A stretch of DNA of 64,000 nucleotides, taken from assembly GCA_022563595.1 (NCBI GenBank), contig JADFNB010000015.1:10105-74104 (forward strand), given 5' to 3'. The notes under the pieces were generated by a model, which had not been told where the DNA came from, did no database searches, and worked only from the letters and a program-made list of their open reading frames with translations. The position numbers were made by a program, and so were the translations under genes. Positions 9,937 to 19,336 of the stretch are shown one piece after another; within the stretch, counting starts at the first letter, position 1; the number at the start of each line of letters is the position of its first letter. The DNA comes from Gemmatimonadota bacterium. Its GTDB lineage: Bacteria; Gemmatimonadota; Gemmatimonadetes; Gemmatimonadales; GWC2-71-9.

Positions 9937-10313
9937 CTGTCGCGTACGTCGACACGTCGTGTCTGGTCGCGATTGCGTTTCGGGAACGGGGTGGCGCAGC
10001 GCTGGTGCGGCGGCTGGAGCAGTACGACGTACTCGTATCCGCGAATCTGCTGGAGGCTGAGCTGCGCGGTGCGTTTGCGCGCGAGCAATTGCCTTTCCAG
10101 ACTGGAGCGCTCTCGTGGATCTCCTGGGTCCTCCCTGACCGTCCACTCGGCCCGGAGATCGCCCGCGCGCTCGAGGCGGGCTATCTCCGGGGCGCCGATC
10201 TGTGGCACATCGCCTGTGCGCTGTATCTGGCGGAGGATCTTGGCTCGTTCGCGTTCGTGACTCTGGACGACCGGCAGCGTGACGTTGCGGAGGCGTTGGG
10301 ACTCGAGACATAG
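9933..10313 (+). CDS. Type II toxin, PIN/VapC family
   Basis: PIN acidic residues in YVDTS, E, LRGADLWH and TLD; GTGA overlap with the antitoxin. Confidence 0.88.
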   Translation: MTVAYVDTSCLVAIAFRERGGAALVRRLEQYDVLVSANLLEAELRGAFAREQLPFQTGALSWISWVLPDRPLGPEIARALEAGYLRGADLWHIACALYLAEDLGSFAFVTLDDRQRDVAEALGLET

Positions 10314-10320
10314 CGGGTTT

Positions 10321-10366
10321 AACTGTCGACCGTCCCCTATCTCCCAACCGTCAACTGTCCCATCCC
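10321..10366. repeat. Degenerate heptamer tandem repeat
   Basis: AACTGTC GACCGTC CCCTATC tccc AACCGTC AACTGTC CCATCCC in the TA-kinase spacer. Confidence 0.4.
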
Positions 10367-10395
10367 CGGCGAAACCCCTATCTTCTGCCGGACCC

Positions 10396-12789
10396 ATGAC
10401 CGATATCGACCGTCTCCGCACCGCCCTGGCCGACCGCTACGAGATCGAGCGCGAGATCGGTAGTGGCGGCATGGCCACGGTCTACCTGGCCGAGGACCTC
10501 AAGCACCACCGTAAGGTGGCGGTCAAGGTCCTCCGACCCGACCTCGCAGCAACGCTCGGCCCTGAGCGTTTTCTGCGGGAGATCGAGGTCGCGGCACGGC
10601 TTACCCATCCGCATATCCTTCCGCTGCACGACTCGGGTGAGGCCGACGGCTTCCTCTTCTACGTCATGCCGTACATCGAAGGCGAATCACTGCGCGAGCG
10701 TCTGGAACGTGAGGGAGAGTTGCCGATCAGCGAGGCGGTGCGGATCCTGCGCGACGTCGTGGATGCCCTCGCGTCGGCGCACCGGCATGGCGTGGTCCAT
10801 CGCGACATCAAGCCGGACAACGTGCTGCTGACGGAAGGACACGCTGTCGTCACGGATTTCGGGGTGGCGAAAGCGGTGAGCGAAGCGACTGGGAGACAGG
10901 CACTCACGACCGCGGGCGTTGCGCTTGGTACGCCCACGTATATGGCACCCGAGCAGGCGGTGGCCGATCCACACACCGACCATCGTGCCGACATCTACGC
11001 CTTGGGTGTCATGGCGTATGAGCTCCTCACGGGCCGGGCTCCGTTTCTCGGCCCCACACCACAAGCGATACTGGCAGCGCATGTGGCGGATGAACCCGAG
11101 CCAGTGACAAAGTATCGGGAGGCTGTGCCAGCCGATCTTTCCGCACTCGTCATGCGCTGCCTCCAGAAAAAGCCAGCCGACCGATGGCAGTCCACTGACG
11201 AGATGTTGCCGCAATTGGCGGCGCTCGCGACGCCGAGCGGTGGGATCACCCCGACGCAGACGCAGCCGGTGCCGGCCGCCGTCAGCCGTCGCCCGTGGCG
11301 GATGGCTGGCGCGGCGTTCGGGCTCGTCGCCATCGCACTCGGCGTCTGGTGGCTGGCGGGCGGCACCGGTGGAGCAGGCGGTGCGAACGGGAACCCCACC
11401 GTCGCGGTCTTCCCCTTTGCGAGCCGCTCCGCAGACCCAACGGACGCGTTCGTGGCGGAAGCGTTGTCCGAGCAGATCGGCAGCCGTCTCAGCCGTCTTC
11501 CCGGCTTACGCGTCCTGTCGGCAACGGCCGTCGCCGCGCAGTGGGCACGCACGCCGGACGCGCTCGAAGCGGGGCGGGCGCTTGGGGTAGACCAGCTGGT
11601 CACGGGAACCCTGCGGCGCTCCGCGGGCAATCTGCAGGCGCTCGTAGAAGTCGTGCAAGCCGACAACGGGGTGCAGACATGGTCCTCGACATTCCGCCGG
11701 AGTGATGACGACCTGTTTGCGCTCGAGCAGGAACTCGCGGAGTCGGTAGCGGTCGCGCTGGTTGGGGAGGGCAGCCCCGTTGGCATGAGACAGCTCGCGC
11801 GGACGGCGTCGAGGAATCCCGGGGCCTATCGCCTGTTCCTCCTGGCCAATGCGCTTGTGAAACGGCGGACGCCGGAGACCGTCCAGGAGGCAGTGGACGA
11901 CTACACCGAGGCGGTCCGGCTCGATTCGGGTTTCGTGGCAGCGTGGGCCGGATTGGGCCGTGCGCTCTTGATCCAGTACTCCTGGAGCTGGGAGGTGGAC
12001 ATCCCCCGCGATTCGCTACCGCGCGCCGCTCGGGTCGCGATCGAACGGGCGCTCTCTCTCGACTCGCTCTCCGCCCAAGTCTGGTCGGCCACCGGGTTGC
12101 TGGAAGGGTGGACGGAGGGCGGGGACTTTCGGCGCGCGTTGGCGAGTTTTGAGCGAGCCCTGCAACTCGATTCCCTGAATTCGGATACCTACCATAACTA
12201 CGGCACCGTGCTTGTGAGACTCCTCGAGAACGAACGAGCGGAGCGCATGCTCCGGCGGGCGTTGGCGCTGGAGCCAGGGTTGGCCAACACGTGGCGCTTT
12301 CTGGCGTTGTCCATGACGAACCAAGGGCAACTCGCCGCGGCGGAAGCAGTACACGACACCATGCTCGCCCTCGGGCCGTGGGCACCGGGGTTCCTGGATC
12401 GGGCCTACGTCCGTTTTCTCCGCGGAAACGGCCAGGGTGCGCTGGAAGATCTCGATGCCGCAGGACGCATCACCGGCCGACAGTACGACTCCGAGCGAGC
12501 GATGTACCGCATCGCACTCGGAGACAGCACCGCGGCGCGCAGCGAGTTGGCGCGCTTAGAAGCGATAGCGGGACAGGTGCCTGACTCAGCGAGAGCTCGG
12601 TTCCGGCGTCTCGCGCGAATGGGCGCGGCACTCGGCCAGCCGGAGGTTGCGCTCGACGCCCTTGAGCAGCTTCCGCGCGACGTCGTGACCTGGTCCCTGG
12701 TGCATGAGCCGCTCTTCGCCCCACTGCGTGATCATCCGCGCTTTGTCCGTGTGAGTGAGGAATCACGCCCCGAAGGCGCCGAGCGGTGA
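10396..12789 (+). CDS. Hanks-type Ser/Thr kinase with TM helix, TolB-N-like domain and TPRs
   Basis: GSGGMATV, VAVK, HRDIKPDN, DFG and APE. One TM helix, then VAVFPF...LRVLS...VTGT and TPR-like helices. Confidence 0.93.
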   Translation: MTDIDRLRTALADRYEIEREIGSGGMATVYLAEDLKHHRKVAVKVLRPDLAATLGPERFLREIEVAARLTHPHILPLHDSGEADGFLFYVMPYIEGESLRERLEREGELPISEAVRILRDVVDALASAHRHGVVHRDIKPDNVLLTEGHAVVTDFGVAKAVSEATGRQALTTAGVALGTPTYMAPEQAVADPHTDHRADIYALGVMAYELLTGRAPFLGPTPQAILAAHVADEPEPVTKYREAVPADLSALVMRCLQKKPADRWQSTDEMLPQLAALATPSGGITPTQTQPVPAAVSRRPWRMAGAAFGLVAIALGVWWLAGGTGGAGGANGNPTVAVFPFASRSADPTDAFVAEALSEQIGSRLSRLPGLRVLSATAVAAQWARTPDALEAGRALGVDQLVTGTLRRSAGNLQALVEVVQADNGVQTWSSTFRRSDDDLFALEQELAESVAVALVGEGSPVGMRQLARTASRNPGAYRLFLLANALVKRRTPETVQEAVDDYTEAVRLDSGFVAAWAGLGRALLIQYSWSWEVDIPRDSLPRAARVAIERALSLDSLSAQVWSATGLLEGWTEGGDFRRALASFERALQLDSLNSDTYHNYGTVLVRLLENERAERMLRRALALEPGLANTWRFLALSMTNQGQLAAAEAVHDTMLALGPWAPGFLDRAYVRFLRGNGQGALEDLDAAGRITGRQYDSERAMYRIALGDSTAARSELARLEAIAGQVPDSARARFRRLARMGAALGQPEVALDALEQLPRDVVTWSLVHEPLFAPLRDHPRFVRVSEESRPEGAER

Positions 12790-12793
12790 TTTC

Positions 12794-15400
12794 ATGACCA
12801 ACACCGATCGCCTGAAGACCGCCCTCGCCGACCGCTACAAGATCGAGCGGGAACTCGGCCACGGCGGCATGGCCACGGTATACCTCGCCGAGGACCTCAA
12901 GCACCACCGAAAGGTCGCGGTCAAGGTCCTCCGGCCCGACATCGCAGCGACGCTGGGCGCCGAGCGCTTCCTGCGCGAGGTCGAGATCGCCGCACAGCTC
13001 CAGCACCCGCACATCCTGACACTGATCGATTCGGGCGAAGTCGACGGCTTCCTCTTTTTCGTCATGCCCTTCGTCGAAGGCAAGTCGCTGCGCGAACAAC
13101 TGGCTCACGGTGAGCTGCCCATCAACGAAGCGCTGCGGATCTTGCGTGACGTGGCCGACGCGCTAGCCTATGCGCACGAGAAAGGGCTCGTACACCGCGA
13201 TATCAAACCCGACAACGTCCTCCTCTCGGCGCACCACGCCATTGTCACGGACTTCGGTGTTGCGAAGGCGGTGAGCGAGGCTACAGGACGACAACAGCTC
13301 ACGACCGCTGGTGTGGCGCTCGGGACGCCGGCCTATATGGCACCCGAACAGGCCGCGGCCGATCCCAACGTCGATCATCGCGCCGACATCTACGCGCTTG
13401 GCGTGCTCGCCTACGAGCTGGTTACCGGCCGCCCACCGTTCACCGGCGCCACACCCCAGGCCGTCCTCTCGGCGCACGTGACCGAGGCGCCGAAGCCGGT
13501 CACCGAGCACCGGCCGGCGATGCCGCCGCTCCTGGGCGAACTGATCATGAAGTGCCTGGAGAAGAAGCCTGCCGATCGCTGGCAAACAGCCGACGAGATC
13601 CTGGTGCAGCTCGAGACCGCCACGACGCCGAGCATCGGGATCACGCCCACCGATACCCAGCCGATTCAGGCAACGCCAACAAGGAACAGAAAAACGGCCT
13701 ACGGGATCATCGGCGGGGCGGCCGTAGTCGGGCTGGTGGTGGCGGGCGCGATCATCCTGCCCGGCGGTGGATCATCACTCGACCCGCAACGCGTGGTCGT
13801 AGCGGTATTCGAGAACGAGACGGGCGAGGCGGCGCTCGACCCGATTGGCAAGATGGCGGCCGACTGGATCACACAGGGACTCCAGCGAACGGGGTCGGTC
13901 GATGTGATCGCGTACCCGACGGCGCTCCAGGCGTCGAACTACGTGCGCGCCGAGTTGGAGGCGGGACGTGTGGCCGATCCCGTCGAGGCGCTGGCACACG
14001 AAACGGGAGCAGGAATGGTCGTCTCGGGTGCCTACTATCGGGACGGCACCAACATCCGCCTCCAAGTACAGATCACCGACGCCGCGGGCGGGAAGTTGAT
14101 CGGCGCACTCGACCCCGTGATTCGCCACCAAGACTCGGTTACAGGCGGCATTGAGGCGGTACGTGAGCGCGTCATGGGACTGCTCGCGGTGACGCTCGAC
14201 GAGCGGATAGCGGGCGGCGCCGTCGCGACCGCTCGCCCCCCGACCTTCGAGGCGTATCGCGCCTTCAACGATGGGCTCGAGCGCTACCTCGCAAACAGCC
14301 GAGACTCTGCCGCTGCAGCGGCCTTTCACCTCGCGTTCGAACGGGATAGCTCGTTCCTCGTACCGCTGATCTACGCGGCGCTGGTAGAACGCAACGCCGG
14401 CAGGTACGACGAAATGGATGCGACGACCCGCATCCTCGAGGCGCGTCGCGCCGAGTTGTCGGACTACCATCAGGCGTGGGTGGATTACAACCGCGCGCGT
14501 GTAGACGGAGACAATGAAGCGGCATACCGTCATATACGACGGGCTGCCCAACTCGCGCCCGGTTCGAAAGCCGTCTACAACGTGGCCTTCATCGCCGTCG
14601 AGACCAACCGTCCGCGGGACGCCCTCGACCGCCTCGCGCAGTTGGACCCCGAGCGCGCTCCCATGCGGGCGTGGCGGCCGTACTGGACGGTTATCGGCGA
14701 GGCGAACCACCTGCTGGCAGAATTCCGAAGCGAGTTGGAGGCTGCTCGGCGTGGCCGGGCACAGTATCTCGACGCACCCGTTTTTCTCTACTACGAATTG
14801 GTCGCGCTCGCAGCACTCGGGCAGCTCGACACGCTCTTGGCACTCATGCCGGAGGCGGCGGCGAGCACGGCACCAGCCCAGTGGGCGGTTTGGTTGAACG
14901 TCGTGGTCAACGACGTTGCCGCTCACCACCCAGACCGTGCGGGTCCCTTGGTCGATAGCGCCGTTGCCTGGTTTGAGCGCAGGCCGGAACGCGAGCGCTC
15001 GGAGTACTGGTACCGCAACCAAAGCCAGTTGGCGCTGGCGCGCGGTGGTCGGCTGGAGGAGAGCAAGGCGATTCTTCAAGACCTCCGATCGGAGTATCTC
15101 AGCCGATGGAGTCTGCGCGCGAATCTGGGCGTCCTGGCCGCTCGTATGGGCGACCACGAAACCGCCGAGGAAGTGTCCGACTGGCTCGCGGAACTCGATC
15201 TGCCACACCTGCGGGGCGCGCACACCGCGTGGCGGGCCAGGATCGCAGCATATCTGGAGCAAGGGGAAGTCGCTGTTCAACTCCTGCGACAGGCGATTCG
15301 CGAGGGACAGTCCTATTTGTGGATGCACCGCGACCCCGCCCTCGTGGAAGGCCTCGCCGACTACCTGCCCTTTCAGGAGTTGTTGCGGCCGAAGGGGTAG
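12794..15400 (+). CDS. Hanks-type Ser/Thr kinase with TM helix, TolB-N-like domain and helical repeats (paralog of the previous gene)
   Basis: Same kinase motifs, TM helix, VVVAVFENETG...VSGAYY and TPR-like region. Confidence 0.93.
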   Translation: MTNTDRLKTALADRYKIERELGHGGMATVYLAEDLKHHRKVAVKVLRPDIAATLGAERFLREVEIAAQLQHPHILTLIDSGEVDGFLFFVMPFVEGKSLREQLAHGELPINEALRILRDVADALAYAHEKGLVHRDIKPDNVLLSAHHAIVTDFGVAKAVSEATGRQQLTTAGVALGTPAYMAPEQAAADPNVDHRADIYALGVLAYELVTGRPPFTGATPQAVLSAHVTEAPKPVTEHRPAMPPLLGELIMKCLEKKPADRWQTADEILVQLETATTPSIGITPTDTQPIQATPTRNRKTAYGIIGGAAVVGLVVAGAIILPGGGSSLDPQRVVVAVFENETGEAALDPIGKMAADWITQGLQRTGSVDVIAYPTALQASNYVRAELEAGRVADPVEALAHETGAGMVVSGAYYRDGTNIRLQVQITDAAGGKLIGALDPVIRHQDSVTGGIEAVRERVMGLLAVTLDERIAGGAVATARPPTFEAYRAFNDGLERYLANSRDSAAAAAFHLAFERDSSFLVPLIYAALVERNAGRYDEMDATTRILEARRAELSDYHQAWVDYNRARVDGDNEAAYRHIRRAAQLAPGSKAVYNVAFIAVETNRPRDALDRLAQLDPERAPMRAWRPYWTVIGEANHLLAEFRSELEAARRGRAQYLDAPVFLYYELVALAALGQLDTLLALMPEAAASTAPAQWAVWLNVVVNDVAAHHPDRAGPLVDSAVAWFERRPERERSEYWYRNQSQLALARGGRLEESKAILQDLRSEYLSRWSLRANLGVLAARMGDHETAEEVSDWLAELDLPHLRGAHTAWRARIAAYLEQGEVAVQLLRQAIREGQSYLWMHRDPALVEGLADYLPFQELLRPKG

Positions 15401-15434
15401 TGGTGGCGCCGCCCCGCCCGCCGGTCCGCCGACT

Positions 15435-15914
15435 TCAGTCCTCCAACGGCACCAGCCTCGCCCGCGGCGGAATCCCCGGCTCCAACTCCATGATCCCCAC
15501 CGACGGCAACGACTTCAGGTCCGCCCGCCCTGCCGCTCCCGGATTCATGACCGTCACCGTCTTGTCTACCAGCACGAGCCGCGGCTCGTGCGTGTGGCCG
15601 TAGACGATGATGTCCGCTTCAGGGAACTCGCGATGCAGGGCCTCGGGACCCGGGACACCGAACTGGTCGCCGTGCGTGACCGCGATGTAGAACCCGTCCA
15701 ACTCGAGCTTTGCCACCTTGGGACAGCGTTCGCGGATCTCGAACCTGTCGGTGTTACCGTACACGGCGGTCACCGGCGCCAGCGCCTCCAGGTCCATCAG
15801 AATATCGACCGGTCCCACGTCCCCACCATGGAGGATGTAGTCGACGCGCTCGAAGACCTCGAAGACGCTATCGCGCAGCGTGCCGTGCGTGTCCGAGATT
15901 ATGCCAATGCGCAT
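15435..15914 (-). CDS. YfcE/MJ0936-family metallophosphoesterase
   Basis: SDTHG, HGGD, GNTD, HG, GHTH and NPG motifs. Confidence 0.92.
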   Translation of the reverse strand: MRIGIISDTHGTLRDSVFEVFERVDYILHGGDVGPVDILMDLEALAPVTAVYGNTDRFEIRERCPKVAKLELDGFYIAVTHGDQFGVPGPEALHREFPEADIIVYGHTHEPRLVLVDKTVTVMNPGAAGRADLKSLPSVGIMELEPGIPPRARLVPLED

Positions 15915-16077
15915 TACCGGCCCCGGCGGTTGGGCGTCGGCGTCTTGTGGGGATGCTTGGGCGGCGTCGGATGCCACTTCGTCGCATCCGGCGACGGCGC
16001 GTGGTCGCGCTTTGCCCGCCGGCTCTTACCACGGCTCCGCTTCTTCTCTCTGTCCACCTGTTCCATCTGTCCACTCA

Positions 16078-16806
16078 TCATCTTGCCCCACCCCAATGCA
16101 CCGCTACGATCCCGAATGTCAGCCGATCGTAGGCGACATCGGCGAACCCAGCCGCTCGCATCAGCTCCGCCAGATCGTCAGGCGACGGGAACTCCAGCAC
16201 GGAGTTTGGCAGATAGGAATAGGCATCCCTATGTTTCGACACGATGCGACCGACGAGCGGGAGCACCCGGCGGAAATAGAACAGGTAGACGAATCGGATC
16301 GGCCACGCGCTAGGCTGCGTGAACTCGAGGATCACCGCGCGCGCTCCCGGTTTCAGAACGCGACGCAACTCGGCGAAGCCGGCTCGCAGGTCCTCGAGAT
16401 TGCGGACCCCGAACCCGACGGTAGCTCCGTCGAACGAGGCGTCCGGGAAAGGGAGCTGTAGGGCATCGGCTCCCACCGGCCGGAGCCGGTCGGCCTTGCC
16501 ACGGCCCAGCCGGAGCATCGGGACCACGAAGTCGGCCCCCACGACGCGACCCCGGAACGCGTCCCGCCGGCACAGCTCGGCGGCAAGATCCAATGTGCCG
16601 GCGCAGCAGTCCAGGTATACGCCGTCGGGGACCCGTTCCCACGCGAGTCGTTCCACGGCGCGCCGGCGCCAGGCCTTGTCGATATTGAGGCTCAGGAGAT
16701 GGTTCAGCAGATCGTACCGCGGCGCGATAGCCGTGAACATCTCGCGTACGTACGACCGCTTTCCACCGGCGGGCGGGAACTCGGTCTTCGAAGACACCGG
16801 CGACAT
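16078..16806 (-). CDS. ubiE: Ubiquinone/menaquinone C-methyltransferase (UbiE/MenG)
   Basis: VREMFTAIAPRYDLLN..LS, LPFPDASFD, GFGVRN, RVLKPG and YSYLPNSV. Start set to ATG 16806. Confidence 0.92.
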   Translation of the reverse strand: MSPVSSKTEFPPAGGKRSYVREMFTAIAPRYDLLNHLLSLNIDKAWRRRAVERLAWERVPDGVYLDCCAGTLDLAAELCRRDAFRGRVVGADFVVPMLRLGRGKADRLRPVGADALQLPFPDASFDGATVGFGVRNLEDLRAGFAELRRVLKPGARAVILEFTQPSAWPIRFVYLFYFRRVLPLVGRIVSKHRDAYSYLPNSVLEFPSPDDLAELMRAAGFADVAYDRLTFGIVAVHWGGAR

Positions 16807-16830
16807 AGGCGCGTAAGATACCGGCCCACT

Positions 16831-16856
16831 TGAACCTACGGCAACAGTGCCGCGTC
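16831..16856 (+). promoter_or_regulatory. Putative ECF autoregulatory promoter (likely leaderless)
   Basis: TGAACC-N16-CGTC ends 5 nt before the sigma-factor ATG at 16862; no Shine-Dalgarno sequence. Confidence 0.6.
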
Positions 16857-16861
16857 GCTCC

Positions 16862-17464
16862 ATGACCGGCTCCCGGGATCTCCGCGAAGCGACCGATCAG
16901 CAGGTGGTCGTCTGGGCCCAGGAGGGTCACGAGTCGGCGTTCCGCGAGTTGATCCGGCGGTACCAGCGCCCGGTGTTCTCCCTGGTCTACCGCATGCTAC
17001 GCGACAAGGAGCTGGCCGAGGATCTCTCGCAGGAGACCTTTATCAAGGTCCTGAATCACATCGATTCGTACCGTCCCGAGCACAAGTTCTCGTCCTGGAT
17101 CTTCAAGATCGCGAACAACGCGGCTATCGACCATCTGCGCCGCAAAGAGCTGGACACGCTCTCGCTCGAGGGTGCCCCCGACGCCGTCACACAGGAACGG
17201 CAGGCGGCGACCGCACTGCAGATCGGCGACAGGGCCGAGTCACCGCTCGAAGAAGTCGAAGCGCGCGAACTCGGTTCTCAGATCGAGGCGGCCGTCGCGC
17301 GACTGAGGCCCGAGTACCGCGCCTGTATCATCCTGCGACACGTCGAAGGCCGCCCTTACGAGGAGATCGCCAAGATTCTCGATCTACCGCTCGGTACGGT
17401 GAAAACCTATATCCACCGGGCCCGCGGCGAACTGCGCCAGATCCTGATGCCACTGCGAGAGTGA
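16862..17464 (+). CDS. ECF RNA polymerase sigma factor (SigW/RpoE-like)
   Basis: Region 2 AEDLSQETFIK...FSSWIFKIANN..IDHLR; region 4 YEEIAKILDLPLGTVKTYIHRAR. Confidence 0.95.
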   Translation: MTGSRDLREATDQQVVVWAQEGHESAFRELIRRYQRPVFSLVYRMLRDKELAEDLSQETFIKVLNHIDSYRPEHKFSSWIFKIANNAAIDHLRRKELDTLSLEGAPDAVTQERQAATALQIGDRAESPLEEVEARELGSQIEAAVARLRPEYRACIILRHVEGRPYEEIAKILDLPLGTVKTYIHRARGELRQILMPLRE

Positions 17465-17501
17465 GCGGCAGGGCGGTACCGGTCACGACACCAGATTCCG
17501 T

Positions 17502-17527
17502 TGAAACCTGGCGACGCGCCCTCCGTA
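17502..17527 (+). promoter_or_regulatory. Putative SigW-type ECF promoter
   Basis: TGAAAC-N16-CGTA in the spacer between the sigma gene and the downstream membrane-protein genes. Confidence 0.72.
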
Positions 17528-17531
17528 GGGG

Positions 17532-18053
17532 GTGGCAGACATGAGAGATGATACGATGACACCGTACCAGCCCGAGAGCGATCCGGGCTTGGACCATGAC
17601 CTCGCTGCCCTGGAACGTTTCACTCCGAAACCGGGGTTCGAGAGCCGGGTCCTGGATTCCGTACGCCATCCCTTGCCCGCTTGGGCGCGGCGGACGCGGG
17701 ACACCCTGCGCTGGATGGTGACGGGGGTGCGCGGCTGGGTGATTCTGGTGTGCTGCTCGGCGGCCACGGCGGCCACCGTTGCACTGGCCGTCGGTGCCGG
17801 GGTCCGGTTCAGCAACTACACGTCCCGCGGCGGGGAGCTAGTACTCTCCGAGGTCATCGAGCCTGCCTCGCGCGGGGCGGCAGCCGTCGGGACGGAACTG
17901 GCAAATGAACTCTCCACATCTGTGTTGGGAGCGCTTGGGACTGCGGGAATCCCGTGGCAAGGCGTCGCGATCGCCTATGTCGTGTTGGTTGGTGTGAGCG
18001 CGCTGGCGCTACGGATCCTGACCCGGCCTCCCCAACGGAGGTTTGACGCATGA
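17532..18053 (+). CDS. Two-TM membrane protein, candidate anti-sigma factor (start uncertain: 17532, 17541 or 17556)
   Basis: Lies directly after the ECF sigma gene. Cytoplasmic N-terminus LAALERFTPKPGFESRVL resembles the anti-sigma P..F..RV segment; two hydrophobic helices. Confidence 0.65.
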   Translation: MADMRDDTMTPYQPESDPGLDHDLAALERFTPKPGFESRVLDSVRHPLPAWARRTRDTLRWMVTGVRGWVILVCCSAATAATVALAVGAGVRFSNYTSRGGELVLSEVIEPASRGAAAVGTELANELSTSVLGALGTAGIPWQGVAIAYVVLVGVSALALRILTRPPQRRFDA

Positions 18054-19336
18054 AGCGCATCATGCTCTTGGCCATGTTGGGCCTCGCTGTCTCCCTAGTG
18101 GCCACGCCTCCGGCGGCCTGCCAGGGAGCACCGGTCGTGGGCTACTCGGTCACCGCTTCCTCGAGCGAGGCGGCGGCAACATTCCAGCTGACCGACGGCA
18201 CCACACTCCGGGTGGCATTCCGCAACGGGAACGTCCTGATAGGGGATGAACGCGTCGGCCAGTATGAACCGAGCGGAGAACTCGACAACGCCTGGCGGCT
18301 TCTGCTGAGTCGCTCCGGCGACCTCTCCACCAACGAGATGGTGGCGGCGATCCGGGCTTGGAATCCCACCGGAATCGGCGAGGCCGAGGCCGCCTCGTTT
18401 GCGGCGATTGCGCAGCGGCTGCAGCTGCTCCACGCCATGCAGGCCGTCCCGGCACCGCCGGCACCACCCGACATCGCCCCAGTAGTCGCCGAAGTCGCCG
18501 AAGCCAGAGAGGCCGCCGAGGTGGCGCGCCGGGCGGTCACGGTGATCCGCAACGAACTCAGGACGACTCTGCGGGATGAGATCGGTAACCTCCGGCAGCG
18601 TGTGAGCCGTGCGCGGGCGCCGAGCAGGAGCTTTCAGGTCGACTTCGGTCCGGTCGTGCACGCTATCTCCCCCGTGCAGGCGGTGGGGGAAGGGCTGCTC
18701 GGCCTGCTCGGCGCGTTCCTCGCGCTCGGCGGTATCGCCTTCGGCGCCAGCTTCTTTGCCCGGCGCCAGCTCGACGTCGTCGCCGACACGGTCTCGACCT
18801 CGTTCGCACGGTCCTTCTTCGTCGGACTCTTCGCACAGCCGCTCCTCGTGCCGGTGCTCGGCATGACACTGGTCGGCCTGACCCTCACGGTGGTTGGCAT
18901 CCTGCTGATCCCGGTCGCGCTGATCGCGTTCCCGATCGTGCTAGCGACGGCCGTAATCGGCGGATACCTGGCGGTGGCACGTGTCGCCGGTGCGGGATGG
19001 CTGGTCCGGAAACGACAGGACTACGGGATCGAAGGACTGCCGCTGTGGAAGTCTGTGGCTTGCGGTCTGGCAATCGTTCTGGCGATCTGGCTCCCGGCGA
19101 TTCTGCTCGGCTGGGCACCGGTCGCCGGGGAGATCCTCACGTGGACGGCCGCGCTGGTGACGTGGGGACTTGCGACCACCGGGTTTGGCGCGATGATCCT
19201 CTCGCGGGGTGGGCTGCGCGGCACCTTCGGCCGCAAGTTCGCCCCCCCGCCGGTGACCCCGGACGAGCTGTTCGACAGACCCGAGACCAAGGTTTCCACC
19301 AGCGAGTGGCTGGCCGGAAAGCAGGCGACAGGATGA
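18050..19336 (+). CDS. Hypothetical membrane protein: signal peptide, periplasmic coiled region, multi-TM C-terminus
   Basis: ATGA overlap, hydrophobic N-terminus and about 5-6 C-terminal TM helices (LTVVGILLIP...GFGAMILSRGG). Confidence 0.75.
   Translation: MKRIMLLAMLGLAVSLVATPPAACQGAPVVGYSVTASSSEAAATFQLTDGTTLRVAFRNGNVLIGDERVGQYEPSGELDNAWRLLLSRSGDLSTNEMVAAIRAWNPTGIGEAEAASFAAIAQRLQLLHAMQAVPAPPAPPDIAPVVAEVAEAREAAEVARRAVTVIRNELRTTLRDEIGNLRQRVSRARAPSRSFQVDFGPVVHAISPVQAVGEGLLGLLGAFLALGGIAFGASFFARRQLDVVADTVSTSFARSFFVGLFAQPLLVPVLGMTLVGLTLTVVGILLIPVALIAFPIVLATAVIGGYLAVARVAGAGWLVRKRQDYGIEGLPLWKSVACGLAIVLAIWLPAILLGWAPVAGEILTWTAALVTWGLATTGFGAMILSRGGLRGTFGRKFAPPPVTPDELFDRPETKVSTSEWLAGKQATG

Noticed and set aside
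11858..11883. TGAAAC-N16-CGTC inside the first kinase gene
   Set aside because: Deep within coding sequence, about 900 nt from the next start, and an imperfect -10; treated as chance.
9664..15400. TA plus kinases as a mobile or defence island
   Set aside because: No integrase, transposase, tRNA or flanking direct repeats seen.
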